Source: a virus
Lineage: Duplodnaviria; Caudoviricetes
DNA length: 26,513 nucleotides
Virus record (IMG/VR): IMGVR_UViG_3300017747_001102
Span: 1 to 26,513 of that record
Strand: one strand, 5' to 3'
The position numbers were made by a program, and so were the translations under genes. A model generated the notes under the pieces. It searched no databases and was not told the origin of the DNA. It saw only the letters and a list, made by a program, of their open reading frames with translations. Positions 6,686 through 15,992 of this stretch are shown here, piece by piece; position 1 is the stretch's first letter; each line of letters starts with the position of its first letter.

Positions 6686-7600
6686 TTAAGCGCCTTGGGA
6701 ACCAAACATACCCAATGGGTCTGACCAGCCAAAAGAGTACCTTTCACGAGCCTTGTAGCGCACGTTACCGGTGTCAAAATCGCCGTCCATTGAAGTACTT
6801 AGCGGGCTACGAACGAAATGCTTCAAGCCGTTAGGTACATCAGTAGTTAGGAACCATGCATTGGTGTCGGTCAAGAAGTGGTTAATTGAATAACCGTCTG
6901 GAATCGAACCGTTGTTTTTCAATGCATTGATATCGTTGTCGGCAGTGCTAACTCTAAGCTCTGTTTCCAGCAAGCGGGTAGCAACGAATTGCAGTGCTGG
7001 TGGAATAATCAGTTTGCTAGGTTTAGCAGCAATCAACAGACCACGCTCATCAGTCCATGTAGCGATTTGAATAACAGCGGCTTCCAGGGAAGTTTCGTTC
7101 AAATCAGCAGGGGTTGTAGGAATGTTGCTGTTGACTCCACCGGTAACAAGTGGGTGAGATGCTGAGAACAGAGGAACGCCATCACCGCCGTAGTAAGGGG
7201 CAGAGTTAGTGAATCCGTTGTTCAGAACATTTGCACCTTTAACTTGCTTGGTGTATGCCATACCACGGGCCAGAGCTTTTGTATAACGAGCAGACAGAGT
7301 GTCGTACAAGTTATCTTCTACAGCTTCCTCGGTTAGAGAGAAGCCAAGAGCAATGGTTTCGTGTTGGTAACGAGCAGTCCAAGCTTCCTGAGCATTGTCG
7401 TATGCGATGGCGTTGCCTTCGTTTTTAACAGGTGCTGCAGAGAAACCAGATAGTTTCGTTTCTTCTTCAAAGCTACGTTCCGATGTTTCGGTTTCGTAGA
7501 TTTCTTTGTGCTCCTCACCATAACGCTTATATTCTAGACCGAATAGGGCGTTAAGTCCTGGGAGTAGTTCTTTGAGTAGTTGTGCGCGTGAAATTGCCAT
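6686..7600 (-). CDS. Major capsid protein (Mu gpT-like, HK97 fold)
   Basis: 304 aa, MAISRAQLLKELLPGLNALFGLEY...DFDTGNVRYKARERYSFGWSDP, a widespread MCP type. Follows the scaffold gene and precedes a strong terminator. Confidence 0.9.
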   Translation of the reverse strand: MAISRAQLLKELLPGLNALFGLEYKRYGEEHKEIYETETSERSFEEETKLSGFSAAPVKNEGNAIAYDNAQEAWTARYQHETIALGFSLTEEAVEDNLYDTLSARYTKALARGMAYTKQVKGANVLNNGFTNSAPYYGGDGVPLFSASHPLVTGGVNSNIPTTPADLNETSLEAAVIQIATWTDERGLLIAAKPSKLIIPPALQFVATRLLETELRVSTADNDINALKNNGSIPDGYSINHFLTDTNAWFLTTDVPNGLKHFVRSPLSTSMDGDFDTGNVRYKARERYSFGWSDPLGMFGSQGA

Positions 7601-7613
7601 GATTTATTTCTCC

Positions 7614-8216
7614 TTAGTCAGCTACACCGGTTCCATTGTAATACGTATGGATACCGAAGTTAAATTTAACAATACAATCGGTATATGTGTCACCGAGTGC
7701 GGAGAAAGGACCATTTACGTAATCCACGAGACGCAGACCAATAGTAGCGGTAACAGCACGGGTGCCAGTAGCCAAAGCAATTTTAGAATCGCCTGTGGTT
7801 GTAGAACCGGCAGTATTAATGATACCAAAGTTAGAGCCAAACATAGTTTGTGTAACTGCGCCATTAGCCTGTATTTGGAACAGGGCATCAGGATCGTCAC
7901 ATACGTATGCCATAGCATCAGATGCTACAGTACCTGTAGGCCAGTATTGCGCGTTCAACTTGTACTTCATGTTAGGGTCGGTGTAAGTACATCCCATAAA
8001 CACGCCCACTGTGCCAGCTGGGAATGGATCTGCGTTAGTACCTACGTTAGTTACTCTGACGATAGTGCCATCAACTGCGATAGCGACAATATCCCCAAAG
8101 AAGATGTTGGCTGCATAACCACTAGCAATTGCTATTTGGCGAGTAGAACCTGCGAAGCTCTGCCCTCCAATTAGATTGATAGGGCGTAGGCCATAAGGTG
8201 CGGCTGTTGTTGCCAT
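7614..8216 (-). CDS. Capsid decoration / minor capsid protein
   Basis: 200 aa beta-rich protein immediately upstream of the MCP gene, SD AGGAGA. Confidence 0.65.
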   Translation of the reverse strand: MATTAAPYGLRPINLIGGQSFAGSTRQIAIASGYAANIFFGDIVAIAVDGTIVRVTNVGTNADPFPAGTVGVFMGCTYTDPNMKYKLNAQYWPTGTVASDAMAYVCDDPDALFQIQANGAVTQTMFGSNFGIINTAGSTTTGDSKIALATGTRAVTATIGLRLVDYVNGPFSALGDTYTDCIVKFNFGIHTYYNGTGVAD

Positions 8217-8233
8217 AATTAAATCTCCTGTTA

Positions 8234-8686
8234 TTATTTCTTACCAAACGTGGTCGTAGACTTCTTCTCTGAAAAAAGAGGCATACGAGCGTCATTCTCT
8301 TTCATAAAGCTGTTATTCACCGCCTCAGCTTGCGCTTGAGTTGCCTTATTGTAATAGGCTGTGCGTTGAGCAACAAACTCTTCTGGTGTTTTCATAAGCA
8401 TCAACCCGCCTACCTCAATAGAATCACTGTGGGTAGATTTGGGATCTGCAAATAGTTGCATTTCGGGGTGTTCTGCCGGTTTGACGGGCTCCCAACCTTC
8501 ACGCATCTTAGAGGATACATTCATAGCATCGGCTTGACCTGCCATACTGGTGCGAACCCACCTGTAAGCCCAACCCATTTTCTTAACAAACTCCGGTATT
8601 AACCCCGCTGGTGCCCATTGTTCGGCCCTTTGGAATGTTGATCGGCTCTCTGCTTCTCTAGGTACTGGTCTAATAGTCTTATCCAT
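8234..8686 (-). CDS. Conserved head-module protein of unknown function
   Basis: YRWVR...REGWEPV...VGGLMLMK motifs. Lies between the scaffold and decoration genes. Confidence 0.65.
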   Translation of the reverse strand: MDKTIRPVPREAESRSTFQRAEQWAPAGLIPEFVKKMGWAYRWVRTSMAGQADAMNVSSKMREGWEPVKPAEHPEMQLFADPKSTHSDSIEVGGLMLMKTPEEFVAQRTAYYNKATQAQAEAVNNSFMKENDARMPLFSEKKSTTTFGKK

Positions 8687-9617
8687 TTTTGTTCTCCAAT
8701 GTTAATGTCTCACGTGCATATGCTTCAGGCGTTATCCCTAACTTTCTGGCCAGCGATAGCTGACTTGCGCTAAGGTGTACTTTCTTTGGCGCGGTACTTC
8801 GCGTTGCCGAGGCTACTACGTTCGACGGTTTTTTGCGTTGGGTGGGCGAATCCTCATCCAGCGAATCATCCCCGAAGTTCTCGGGAAATCGTTTGCGCAT
8901 TGTTTCATCAATACGTGTGTAATACTCTTTAGAAGTAGGGTCCATTCCAGACCTTACTAATTTCTCGTGCAGCCCTAAAGCTAGGCTGGTCATTTCCTCA
9001 TCCTGCCCAAACCAATCATTTTTCTCTCTCCATACAAGAGCCTTGTGATCGGGGCCTGCTGATTGTGGTTGTGTCAATCTTACATTTACACTATTTTCCT
9101 CTGCTTGTAAAGTCTTTTCATACTGAGGAACATAATTCTGTGCTTGTGTAAGTTTGTACTGCGCACTGTTCATACGCTGTTGAGCATCTATGAGCTTGTC
9201 TGCATCACCTGAATCATATGCCTCGCGGTAGTCCCGCTTGGCTGCATCCATCTCACCACCCACAGCTTGTTTCACTGATTCCATATAAGCCTGCTCACCG
9301 TTATTTAGGTTTGCTTTCAAGCGCTTATTCTCTTCATGCATGCTGCTGGCGTATCTTACTGCCTCGGCACGCTCTCTATCTGCTGACTCTTTAGCCCTAC
9401 GCTCGTCATGCCAAACCTTCTTTAGCTGGGATAAGCGGGTCTTTACTTTCTTAGAGTAGTCAGATAAATCATCATCTTCTATTTCAGCAACTAGCTCAGG
9501 TGATAAATTCTTCCTGTCCCTGTCTTTTTCAGGGGTGTCATCTACTATCTCAAGTTCTACCTCCGGTGCTGCATCTTCTATTATCTCTACTTCTATGTCA
9601 TCCGCGTTGGTGCTCAT
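8679..9617 (-). CDS. Capsid scaffolding protein
   Basis: Acidic N-terminus, long coiled-coil, C-terminal LARKLGITPEAYA. SD AGGAGG. Upstream of the MCP gene. Confidence 0.7.
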   Translation of the reverse strand: MSTNADDIEVEIIEDAAPEVELEIVDDTPEKDRDRKNLSPELVAEIEDDDLSDYSKKVKTRLSQLKKVWHDERRAKESADRERAEAVRYASSMHEENKRLKANLNNGEQAYMESVKQAVGGEMDAAKRDYREAYDSGDADKLIDAQQRMNSAQYKLTQAQNYVPQYEKTLQAEENSVNVRLTQPQSAGPDHKALVWREKNDWFGQDEEMTSLALGLHEKLVRSGMDPTSKEYYTRIDETMRKRFPENFGDDSLDEDSPTQRKKPSNVVASATRSTAPKKVHLSASQLSLARKLGITPEAYARETLTLENKNG

Positions 9618-9656
9618 ATTTCCTCCTGGTTGCGCCGGTTGGCGTTTGTGGTTGCT

Positions 9657-10025
9657 TTATGCTCTGGAATAACCCCGTGGATCATCAACAACGGCCTCAA
9701 CGGTATCGTCATTAATAAGTCGGAACTCACGCCCGTGAATCTTAAAGCGCGTGCCTGCATAGGCACGAATCAAAACAAAATCACCTTCTTTACACCAAGG
9801 ACCGCTAGAGAAGCGTGCGTCATCCTTATAACAGGTATCACCCATCTTAAGCACAAACAACACAACTGTTGCATTTTCCTCGATCTTTCTGGTAGCGTCC
9901 GCCTTGACAATTCCACCTTCATACTTATCTTCTACTTCAGGTACAGCACATAGAATGCGATATCCCTTTGGGTCTGGCAGCTGCGTCGGTGTAGCACTAA
10001 CCTCGATTACATCAGTCATCTTCAC
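9657..10025 (-). CDS. groES: GroES-like co-chaperonin
   Basis: PKGYRIL...KYEGGIV mobile loop...KEGDFVL...YAGTRFKIHGREFRLINDDTVEAVV matches the Cpn10 pattern. Confidence 0.85.
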   Translation of the reverse strand: MKMTDVIEVSATPTQLPDPKGYRILCAVPEVEDKYEGGIVKADATRKIEENATVVLFVLKMGDTCYKDDARFSSGPWCKEGDFVLIRAYAGTRFKIHGREFRLINDDTVEAVVDDPRGYSRA

Positions 10026-10206
10026 TCTCCGTAGTTTTTACAAGGTCTGCGATTATTCTCTGCGCGGTAAGTAGACCCCGGACCATACCAGCAGCATTTT
10101 GGTACTGAGCAAAATCTCTTGCCTGCCCATCACCTAATCCTTCAATAATTAACTTGCGCTCATCCTCTATCCGACTCATTAGAAGTTCCAGCGTTTGACG
10201 CACCAT
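10012..10206 (-). CDS. Small conserved head-module protein
   Basis: 64 aa helical protein with SD GGAGG. Overlaps the portal 3' end and the groES start. Confidence 0.65.
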   Translation of the reverse strand: MVRQTLELLMSRIEDERKLIIEGLGDGQARDFAQYQNAAGMVRGLLTAQRIIADLVKTTESEDD

Positions 10207-12748
10207 TGCTTACCTCCGATTTTTGTTGTAACTGTTTGTGTTGTAAGCCCATTCCCTCGATATGTTGTTGATGATCCATACCTAATCTGTCGCCGTGCTG
10301 CTTGTGTTGGAAGTCCATCTGCTTGCCCGCCTGTGCGGTCTGGGCCCCAATACGTACACCTTCTAGCCGTTCAGCGGAGTCGATCTTCTTGTGCTCCATA
10401 GATGTCTTAGCTCCGACCTGAACCCCAGCGATACGCTCCGTAGACTCAATACGCATCTTCTCAAGCTCCAGTTTTGCCTTGTCGTTCTCGATATCGGCCT
10501 GGGTCTTCTGCGCTTTTATCTGCACTTCCTGCCCCTTTATCTGTAGCTCTTGTTGTTGCATCTGGACTAGCGGATCCTGGCTCGCTTGCTGCGCTTGCTG
10601 TTGTTGTGTCTCGGCTGTGTTTTTATCCGACAGCTTCTTAGCAGCGAGAGCGATCAACTTAGACACTTCATGCTCAACCTCCTCCGACATATCATCATCC
10701 ATACTCGGTAGCTGAACACCCAACTGCTCTTCGATTTGTTTACGGTACTCAAAGGCAATGTGTTCATTTACATGGGCCATAGCAGCTGCCTGTATAGCTT
10801 GAGCCTGTGGGTTTTGCCCCATGAGCGCCGCTATCTTTGGATCCTGCATAGCCATCTGATGCACCTGGATGTGTGCTTGGTGGTCTTGGTTGATAAACGC
10901 CTTGACAGGTTTGCAGTTCATAAGGGCCATGTTCTCAAACACAGGATCTTTCGGTTTCTGATCGTCCTCTGTTGGAATGAGCTTGCCTATGTTCTTAATG
11001 CCTAACACCTCCAGCATCTGCCTGTTTAGTTCTGGCAGGTCATATATCTGTGGAGCTGCTTGGGCCATCTGCATAACTGCTTGATACTGTACAACCTTCT
11101 GGCTCATTGTGGCTGCATTAGGGTCTGACACAGGGATAACCTCCACCATGTCATAGTCAGCTTGCTTGGCCTTGCGGCCGCCTTCTTCTGGCTCGTAGGA
11201 GTACTCTTTGGGCGTATAATCCCGTATAATCGCGGATAAGAGCTTAAATTCCTGCTTCATCGCGTAATGTATCCGAGCCTGTACAGCACCCATGACCTTC
11301 AGCGTTCTTTCAAGAATTGCAAGCGTAGTACCCACCGGAGAGTTAGCAGACATGTCTGCCACCTGTAAATCAGCAGCACCACCAAGCCTCCGGCCTTCCT
11401 CAATAATAGAAGTCATCAGGGATTGCAGTACTTGGCTCGGCTCCTTGTAAGGTAAGGGCAGGATGTTGTCTCTAATAGAACCACTGGGCACATCCACATC
11501 ACGGAACTCGCCCGGGGAGATAGGTGTATCGTCTCCCTTGACTCTGAGCCCGCGGGTCTTGTAACCACCTGGAAGATTAGATAAAGTACCCGCATCCACC
11601 AACTGCCTCAGCAATACTGTACCGCTCTTAGTAGCTGCGCCGATGAGGTGGATAAGCCCGAAGCAATAGAACCCAAACCCTGGGATATACCCGTAGTGCA
11701 CGAAGTGATTGCGCTTCTGCTTGGTCTTGTCTTCTGGCTGCCAGTTCCTCCGGATGGCCAACACGGTTCCGCTTCCTGCTTCTAGTGTAACAACGTAAGG
11801 CAAGGCTATACCCGTTGGGTTTCCGTCGTCGTCCTCATCCTCATACCCAGCAAGATCTAAGTCCGTGTGGATTTCCAGAACCTTGAAGCGGTCATCCATA
11901 GAAGCGTTGAACCCCATCTTCTCCGCAATCTTCTTCTCGACCTGCTCAATAACATGCGAGGGCTCTCCGAGGTCAACATCTAAATAAAAACCAGCGACCT
12001 GCATCTTGCGCATTTCGTTCTCAGTCTTCCGCATCACATGGGTTACACGCGGGGCAGTTGCAAGACTAGACGCACCATAAGGCACGACGATATCCTCAGC
12101 AGGCACAAACACAGACACCTGACGCTCTAAGCTCGGGTCGTAATATACCTTCTTGAATGCGTTACCACACAAACCCAACCCCCATAGCATCCGTTCATGC
12201 TCGGGCCTATACTCAGGCATCTTCTCTGTTAGCTGGTAGTTCATATCATCGCGGACGCGCTCTGCAGCTTCGTCTTTCTCTCTACTCTGTTTGCCGATGA
12301 TTTGTGTTTTGACGGGACCTGCAGCTGGGAAGGTCTCCATGATTGTGTCGGCTTGGAACTTCACAAGCGTCTCTGTTAGTAGGGGGTGGAATACGTTACA
12401 TGCTCCAGGCCAGGGTTCTGTCCTATCTTCTAGCTTCAGGCCGAGTAGCTCAAGCCCATCTACATATGTATCTAACCAGTCCTTGCGGGAGTTGGAGTCT
12501 GCCTCAAACTCACCCATTAAGTCGCCTACAACTTCTACCAGCACTCGCTCATCTAGGAACTCAGCTAGGTTAGCATTAAAGTCATCATCACCTTCGGTCT
12601 CGGGTAGGGCACCTAGTATAATAGTCATTCCGTCTTCAGGGATCTCTGGGTCCATGCCATCAACTTCAATATCCATCTCGGGGTCCGCGGCCAGTGCTTC
12701 TAGCCCCTGCGGTGCTGTGTATAAGCTTTTATCTACATTTGCCATCAT
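10160..12748 (-). CDS. Portal protein
   Basis: 862 aa after terL/HNH, with EPWPGAC...HPLL and GNAFKKVYYD motifs and a long Gln-rich C-terminal coiled-coil (P22-like barrel). Confidence 0.85.
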   Translation of the reverse strand: MMANVDKSLYTAPQGLEALAADPEMDIEVDGMDPEIPEDGMTIILGALPETEGDDDFNANLAEFLDERVLVEVVGDLMGEFEADSNSRKDWLDTYVDGLELLGLKLEDRTEPWPGACNVFHPLLTETLVKFQADTIMETFPAAGPVKTQIIGKQSREKDEAAERVRDDMNYQLTEKMPEYRPEHERMLWGLGLCGNAFKKVYYDPSLERQVSVFVPAEDIVVPYGASSLATAPRVTHVMRKTENEMRKMQVAGFYLDVDLGEPSHVIEQVEKKIAEKMGFNASMDDRFKVLEIHTDLDLAGYEDEDDDGNPTGIALPYVVTLEAGSGTVLAIRRNWQPEDKTKQKRNHFVHYGYIPGFGFYCFGLIHLIGAATKSGTVLLRQLVDAGTLSNLPGGYKTRGLRVKGDDTPISPGEFRDVDVPSGSIRDNILPLPYKEPSQVLQSLMTSIIEEGRRLGGAADLQVADMSANSPVGTTLAILERTLKVMGAVQARIHYAMKQEFKLLSAIIRDYTPKEYSYEPEEGGRKAKQADYDMVEVIPVSDPNAATMSQKVVQYQAVMQMAQAAPQIYDLPELNRQMLEVLGIKNIGKLIPTEDDQKPKDPVFENMALMNCKPVKAFINQDHQAHIQVHQMAMQDPKIAALMGQNPQAQAIQAAAMAHVNEHIAFEYRKQIEEQLGVQLPSMDDDMSEEVEHEVSKLIALAAKKLSDKNTAETQQQQAQQASQDPLVQMQQQELQIKGQEVQIKAQKTQADIENDKAKLELEKMRIESTERIAGVQVGAKTSMEHKKIDSAERLEGVRIGAQTAQAGKQMDFQHKQHGDRLGMDHQQHIEGMGLQHKQLQQKSEVSNGASNAGTSNESDRG

Positions 12749-13296
12749 TTGTCCCCGGTGAATTTGTTGTTCTTGATTTGGTTCTCTGTTGCTGTGAGTA
12801 TTTGTAAATTGGTTGGGCAGTGAAACCCAGATACAGTTCTGCCTTGCAGTGGGATAACGTGATCTACATGGTGTTTAATCCCTGTTGACTTTGTCAATGC
12901 CGCTGCGGTCTCGTATAGCGTTCTTATAGCATGATAATCGTCAGGCGTCAACCAGTTAGGTGTCCGTTGTATTTTGGCTGCTTTTCGTTTTGCTGTTATG
13001 GCGCAAGCCTTTCCGGGGTTGGCTCGGGCGTATACTTTCTTGCGGGCAAGAACACTCTCTCTGTTAGATGTGTAGTAAATTTTAATGCGTGCGAGTCTTT
13101 TCTCTTTATTTAACTCGTAGTACTTTCTTGCAGCTACGGCGGCCGCCTCTTTATGAGCCCTCTGGTACGCTATGTTGTACGCAGATATCTTCTCCAGGTT
13201 AGCCCTCCGGTACGCCTTAGAAGTCGCAGTTAGCCTCTCTTTGTTGGCTTGGCGGTACACCTTCATGTAAGCTTTCCTCGCTTCAGAAGTAACCAT
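12745..13296 (-). CDS. HNH endonuclease (probable homing endonuclease)
   Basis: HHVDHVIPLQG...GFHCPTNLQILTATENQIKNNK HNH motif, preceded by basic Y-rich helical repeats. Confidence 0.85.
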   Translation of the reverse strand: MVTSEARKAYMKVYRQANKERLTATSKAYRRANLEKISAYNIAYQRAHKEAAAVAARKYYELNKEKRLARIKIYYTSNRESVLARKKVYARANPGKACAITAKRKAAKIQRTPNWLTPDDYHAIRTLYETAAALTKSTGIKHHVDHVIPLQGRTVSGFHCPTNLQILTATENQIKNNKFTGDK

Positions 13297-14848
13297 GTTG
13301 TCTCCTTGACTTGAACCCGGGTAGCTCGTCTTCCCAGTCGTTTGGCAAAGTTATGAACCCGCCTTTTCTGAACCGCAGTAGTGCCTGGGTGGTTGAGTCT
13401 ACTAAGTCGTCGTTTGCCCCTACTGGGAACTCTGCGCACTGGGTAATAACCTCCTGCGCCCACCGTCTATCCTTAGGAGCCCAGACCAAACCAGAGGCAA
13501 ATATGTCTGAAACTGCGTTGGCCCGGGAGACCTTGTCATTTCCTTTAGATGGGGTGAAGTCCATAACCGGTATCCCCATAGACCTAAACTCCTGGATAAT
13601 CTGAGCTCCAGCCGACTTCTTTTCCACTATCAGCGTGTCTGGCTCCCAGTCGTGATACTCCTCGAGCATCTTCTTCTTTAACTCCGGGAACTCCATCCGC
13701 TCTTGCCACGCATGAAGGAGTATTATATTTGCTATTGGGAGACCAGTTGTCGGGCTATTCTTATAAAAGACCCCCCAAAGCGTCATTGCGCTAAAGTCTG
13801 CCCTGTTATGTGACTCTTGTGCAGCATCTAAGGACATGATTGTATAGTCACAACTAGGCGGATCTTCTTCTTCCCAGTGGTTCCACCACTCCCTTTTGAG
13901 CATCTGAGCACCCTCAGATGTCGGGTTTTGCAGGTATTGACTAGACCAATAGCGCACATCCATGCCTGCGCGCTTCTTCTTTAACTCTTCTAAAGGCCAG
14001 AACTCAGGCCATAATGACCTCTCATTTGGCTCATTTTCATCTAAAATGGCTGGAAACTCAACAACTTCCCACTGATCTGCGTCCGGATTCTTAATCATGT
14101 GGTTTGTAAGCTGCCCGGTCAAGTCCAACATGCTCCATCGGGTCATAACCACGATAATAACCCCATTAGGCATAAGCCTTTGTAGTGGTCCAGACTGAAA
14201 CCAGTCCCAAGCGGGCAAGAAAGCACTAGGATTATTGGTCTTGGCCTCTTGTTCTGAGTGCGGGTCATCAATTACGAACACATCTGCACCCCGTCCAGCC
14301 AAGGCACCCCCTACTCCGACCGCATAATACTGCCCACCATGCTTAGTACTCCACTGTCCGGCTGCTTTTGCGTCTGGATTTAGCGAAACCTCAGGAAAAA
14401 CAGCCTTATAATCGTCAGAATGGACCAAATCCCGCACTCTACGACCAAAAGAGACCGATAAATCAGATGTATGGGTCGCCATGATGATCTTTTTGTCTGG
14501 ATGGTGCCCAAGAAACCACGCTGGAAATAGGTAGGATACCATTTCAGACTTCCCCATACGGGGTGCGATGTTAACTATGATGCGTTTCTTATCCCCGTGG
14601 ATAGCTTCTTCCAGGAGTTTGGCTAGGCGGCGGTGGTGAGCACCGACCATGTACTTGGGGTATACTGCTTTGATGAAGTCTAGGAACCCGCCCTGGGCGG
14701 CTTCGCGTTTAGTGCGCTTTTCTATCTCATTTAGTAGGGTAAACAGTTCATTTTTCTCTCTTTCTGGCATTTTATGCAGATTGAGTAGTATCCGCTGCTG
14801 TTCATGCGGGGGAAGTTCTTGTATTTGCGCCTTTAGGGACTCGAGCAT
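13283..14848 (-). CDS. terL: Terminase large subunit
   Basis: Walker A APRMGKS, Walker B FVIDDPH, coupling motif MTRW, and RNase H-like nuclease residues (SLDAA, DDLVDS). Confidence 0.95.
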   Translation of the reverse strand: MLESLKAQIQELPPHEQQRILLNLHKMPEREKNELFTLLNEIEKRTKREAAQGGFLDFIKAVYPKYMVGAHHRRLAKLLEEAIHGDKKRIIVNIAPRMGKSEMVSYLFPAWFLGHHPDKKIIMATHTSDLSVSFGRRVRDLVHSDDYKAVFPEVSLNPDAKAAGQWSTKHGGQYYAVGVGGALAGRGADVFVIDDPHSEQEAKTNNPSAFLPAWDWFQSGPLQRLMPNGVIIVVMTRWSMLDLTGQLTNHMIKNPDADQWEVVEFPAILDENEPNERSLWPEFWPLEELKKKRAGMDVRYWSSQYLQNPTSEGAQMLKREWWNHWEEEDPPSCDYTIMSLDAAQESHNRADFSAMTLWGVFYKNSPTTGLPIANIILLHAWQERMEFPELKKKMLEEYHDWEPDTLIVEKKSAGAQIIQEFRSMGIPVMDFTPSKGNDKVSRANAVSDIFASGLVWAPKDRRWAQEVITQCAEFPVGANDDLVDSTTQALLRFRKGGFITLPNDWEDELPGFKSRRQHGYF

Positions 14849-14881
14849 AGGGATTTGGGTCTATTCGGGTCTGTATTCGGG

Positions 14882-15556
14882 TTAGGTGTTCATTATTGTA
14901 GCAAGGATTTGCTTATCTATCTTTGGTGTCTTAGGCAATGGCTGGACGGCAGGGTCACGGTTTAGCTCTGCAACTTCCGCAGGGGACGCGATTGTCGCCC
15001 CTATTACATCACCCTCTATCAACAGCCCCAGCTTCTCCCTTAGCTTCTGCTGCAGGTCCTCACTAGATTGTTGTTTGTAAGTAATCTCTTGCTTCTCGAC
15101 GAACATCCCGACGTCAGCTATCTTACCCATCAACTCCACAGCTTTTAACTGCACCCTGGGATCTTTGTGGTCTGACAGCTCTAGTAACTTATTTGTTACC
15201 AAGTACCGAATCTGGTCTGCATGCTGAATAACCCTGTGGTCGTACACGGCAACCATTGCTTCTAGATGCAATATAATCTCTGGCTTCTGAACTGTGAGCA
15301 CACTCGGTGTGTTGGGTGCGTTAGTTACTTGTGCAAGGAACATCTCTTCTGCCTGGGTGGCATCTTCCTCAGTTATCTCTACGTCAGGTAGCCCGGACCG
15401 CTTCAGTATATCCTTGGCAGTCTTTGCGGCTGCTGCTAACCGTATGTTTTCATTTAACTCTTCTATCGTTGTAGGTGGCGCCATCCGCATTAACTGGGGT
15501 TGGTATAAGCTAACGTCGCCAAGGAGATCATCTAACTGAATTCTGGGTGATTTCAT
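14882..15556 (-). CDS. terS: Terminase small subunit (putative)
   Basis: Directly upstream of terL, with QLKAVELMGKIADVGMF motif. ATG at 15556 is preferred because GTG 15574 lies inside the promoter. Confidence 0.6.
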   Translation of the reverse strand: MKSPRIQLDDLLGDVSLYQPQLMRMAPPTTIEELNENIRLAAAAKTAKDILKRSGLPDVEITEEDATQAEEMFLAQVTNAPNTPSVLTVQKPEIILHLEAMVAVYDHRVIQHADQIRYLVTNKLLELSDHKDPRVQLKAVELMGKIADVGMFVEKQEITYKQQSSEDLQQKLREKLGLLIEGDVIGATIASPAEVAELNRDPAVQPLPKTPKIDKQILATIMNT

Positions 15557-15564
15557 GGTCGGGG

Positions 15565-15593
15565 AGAATATCACAATATTTTTATTTTTGCAA
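15565..15593 (-). promoter_or_regulatory. Sigma70-type promoter of the packaging/structural operon
   Basis: TTGCAA, 17-nt spacer, TATTCT with an extended -10 TG. Confidence 0.55.
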
Positions 15594-15749
15594 CAGGTTG
15601 TTTAAATTAGCCCGGGGGGTATCCCTATATAGAGGGGGTGGGTGCGCGTGCAGGGAAAACTAAGGGGGGTAGGGGGTCTAAATGTTTTGAAAGGTTTTTG
15701 AAACTCTAAAACTCAATGTATAGGTGCATCGTGCGCGTTCATTCAATTT

Positions 15750-15770
15750 GGGGGGTTGGGGTAGGGTGGG
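15750..15770 (+). other. Canonical G-quadruplex-forming motif
   Basis: GGGGGG-TT-GGGG-TA-GGG-T-GGG. Confidence 0.55.
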
Positions 15771-15850
15771 TTGACAGGATGGCCATTGTGTGCCCACGTG
15801 CGCGCTTCTTCTATAGGCCGCCGCTCTCGCCGCGCCAAGTAAAACAGACA

Positions 15851-15878
15851 ACGGCCACTTACAAATGTAAATCACCGT
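15851..15878. repeat. 28-bp pseudo-palindromic site, copy 1
   Basis: ACGGCCACTTACA-AA-TGTAAATCACCGT. Confidence 0.85.
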
Positions 15879-15910
15879 CCGCCCTAGAATACGCACAGGC
15901 CGCGCGATAT

Positions 15911-15948
15911 AAAATAAATGCACGCAATATGTTTTGATGTGGGATAAT
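15911..15948 (+). promoter_or_regulatory. Putative early promoter (motif shared with 17237-17273)
   Basis: AAAATAAATGCACGC-N11-ATGTGG-GATAAT, an extended -10. Confidence 0.5.
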
Positions 15949-15992
15949 ACTTACTCGGGGCACGCCGTGCCCTGTTTATAGGAGAGTTAATC

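Noticed and set aside
14849-14884. terS-terL read-through fusion
   Set aside because: The genes are in frame, but a second stop (TAG) lies in the spacer after the TAA.
51-15539. Plus-strand ORFs opposite the structural genes
   Set aside because: They are antisense shadows of well-supported minus-strand genes, with no SD or recognisable motifs.
15851-15878. dif site (also 28 bp)
   Set aside because: It lacks the XerD arm TTATGTTAAAT and the 11-6-11 layout.
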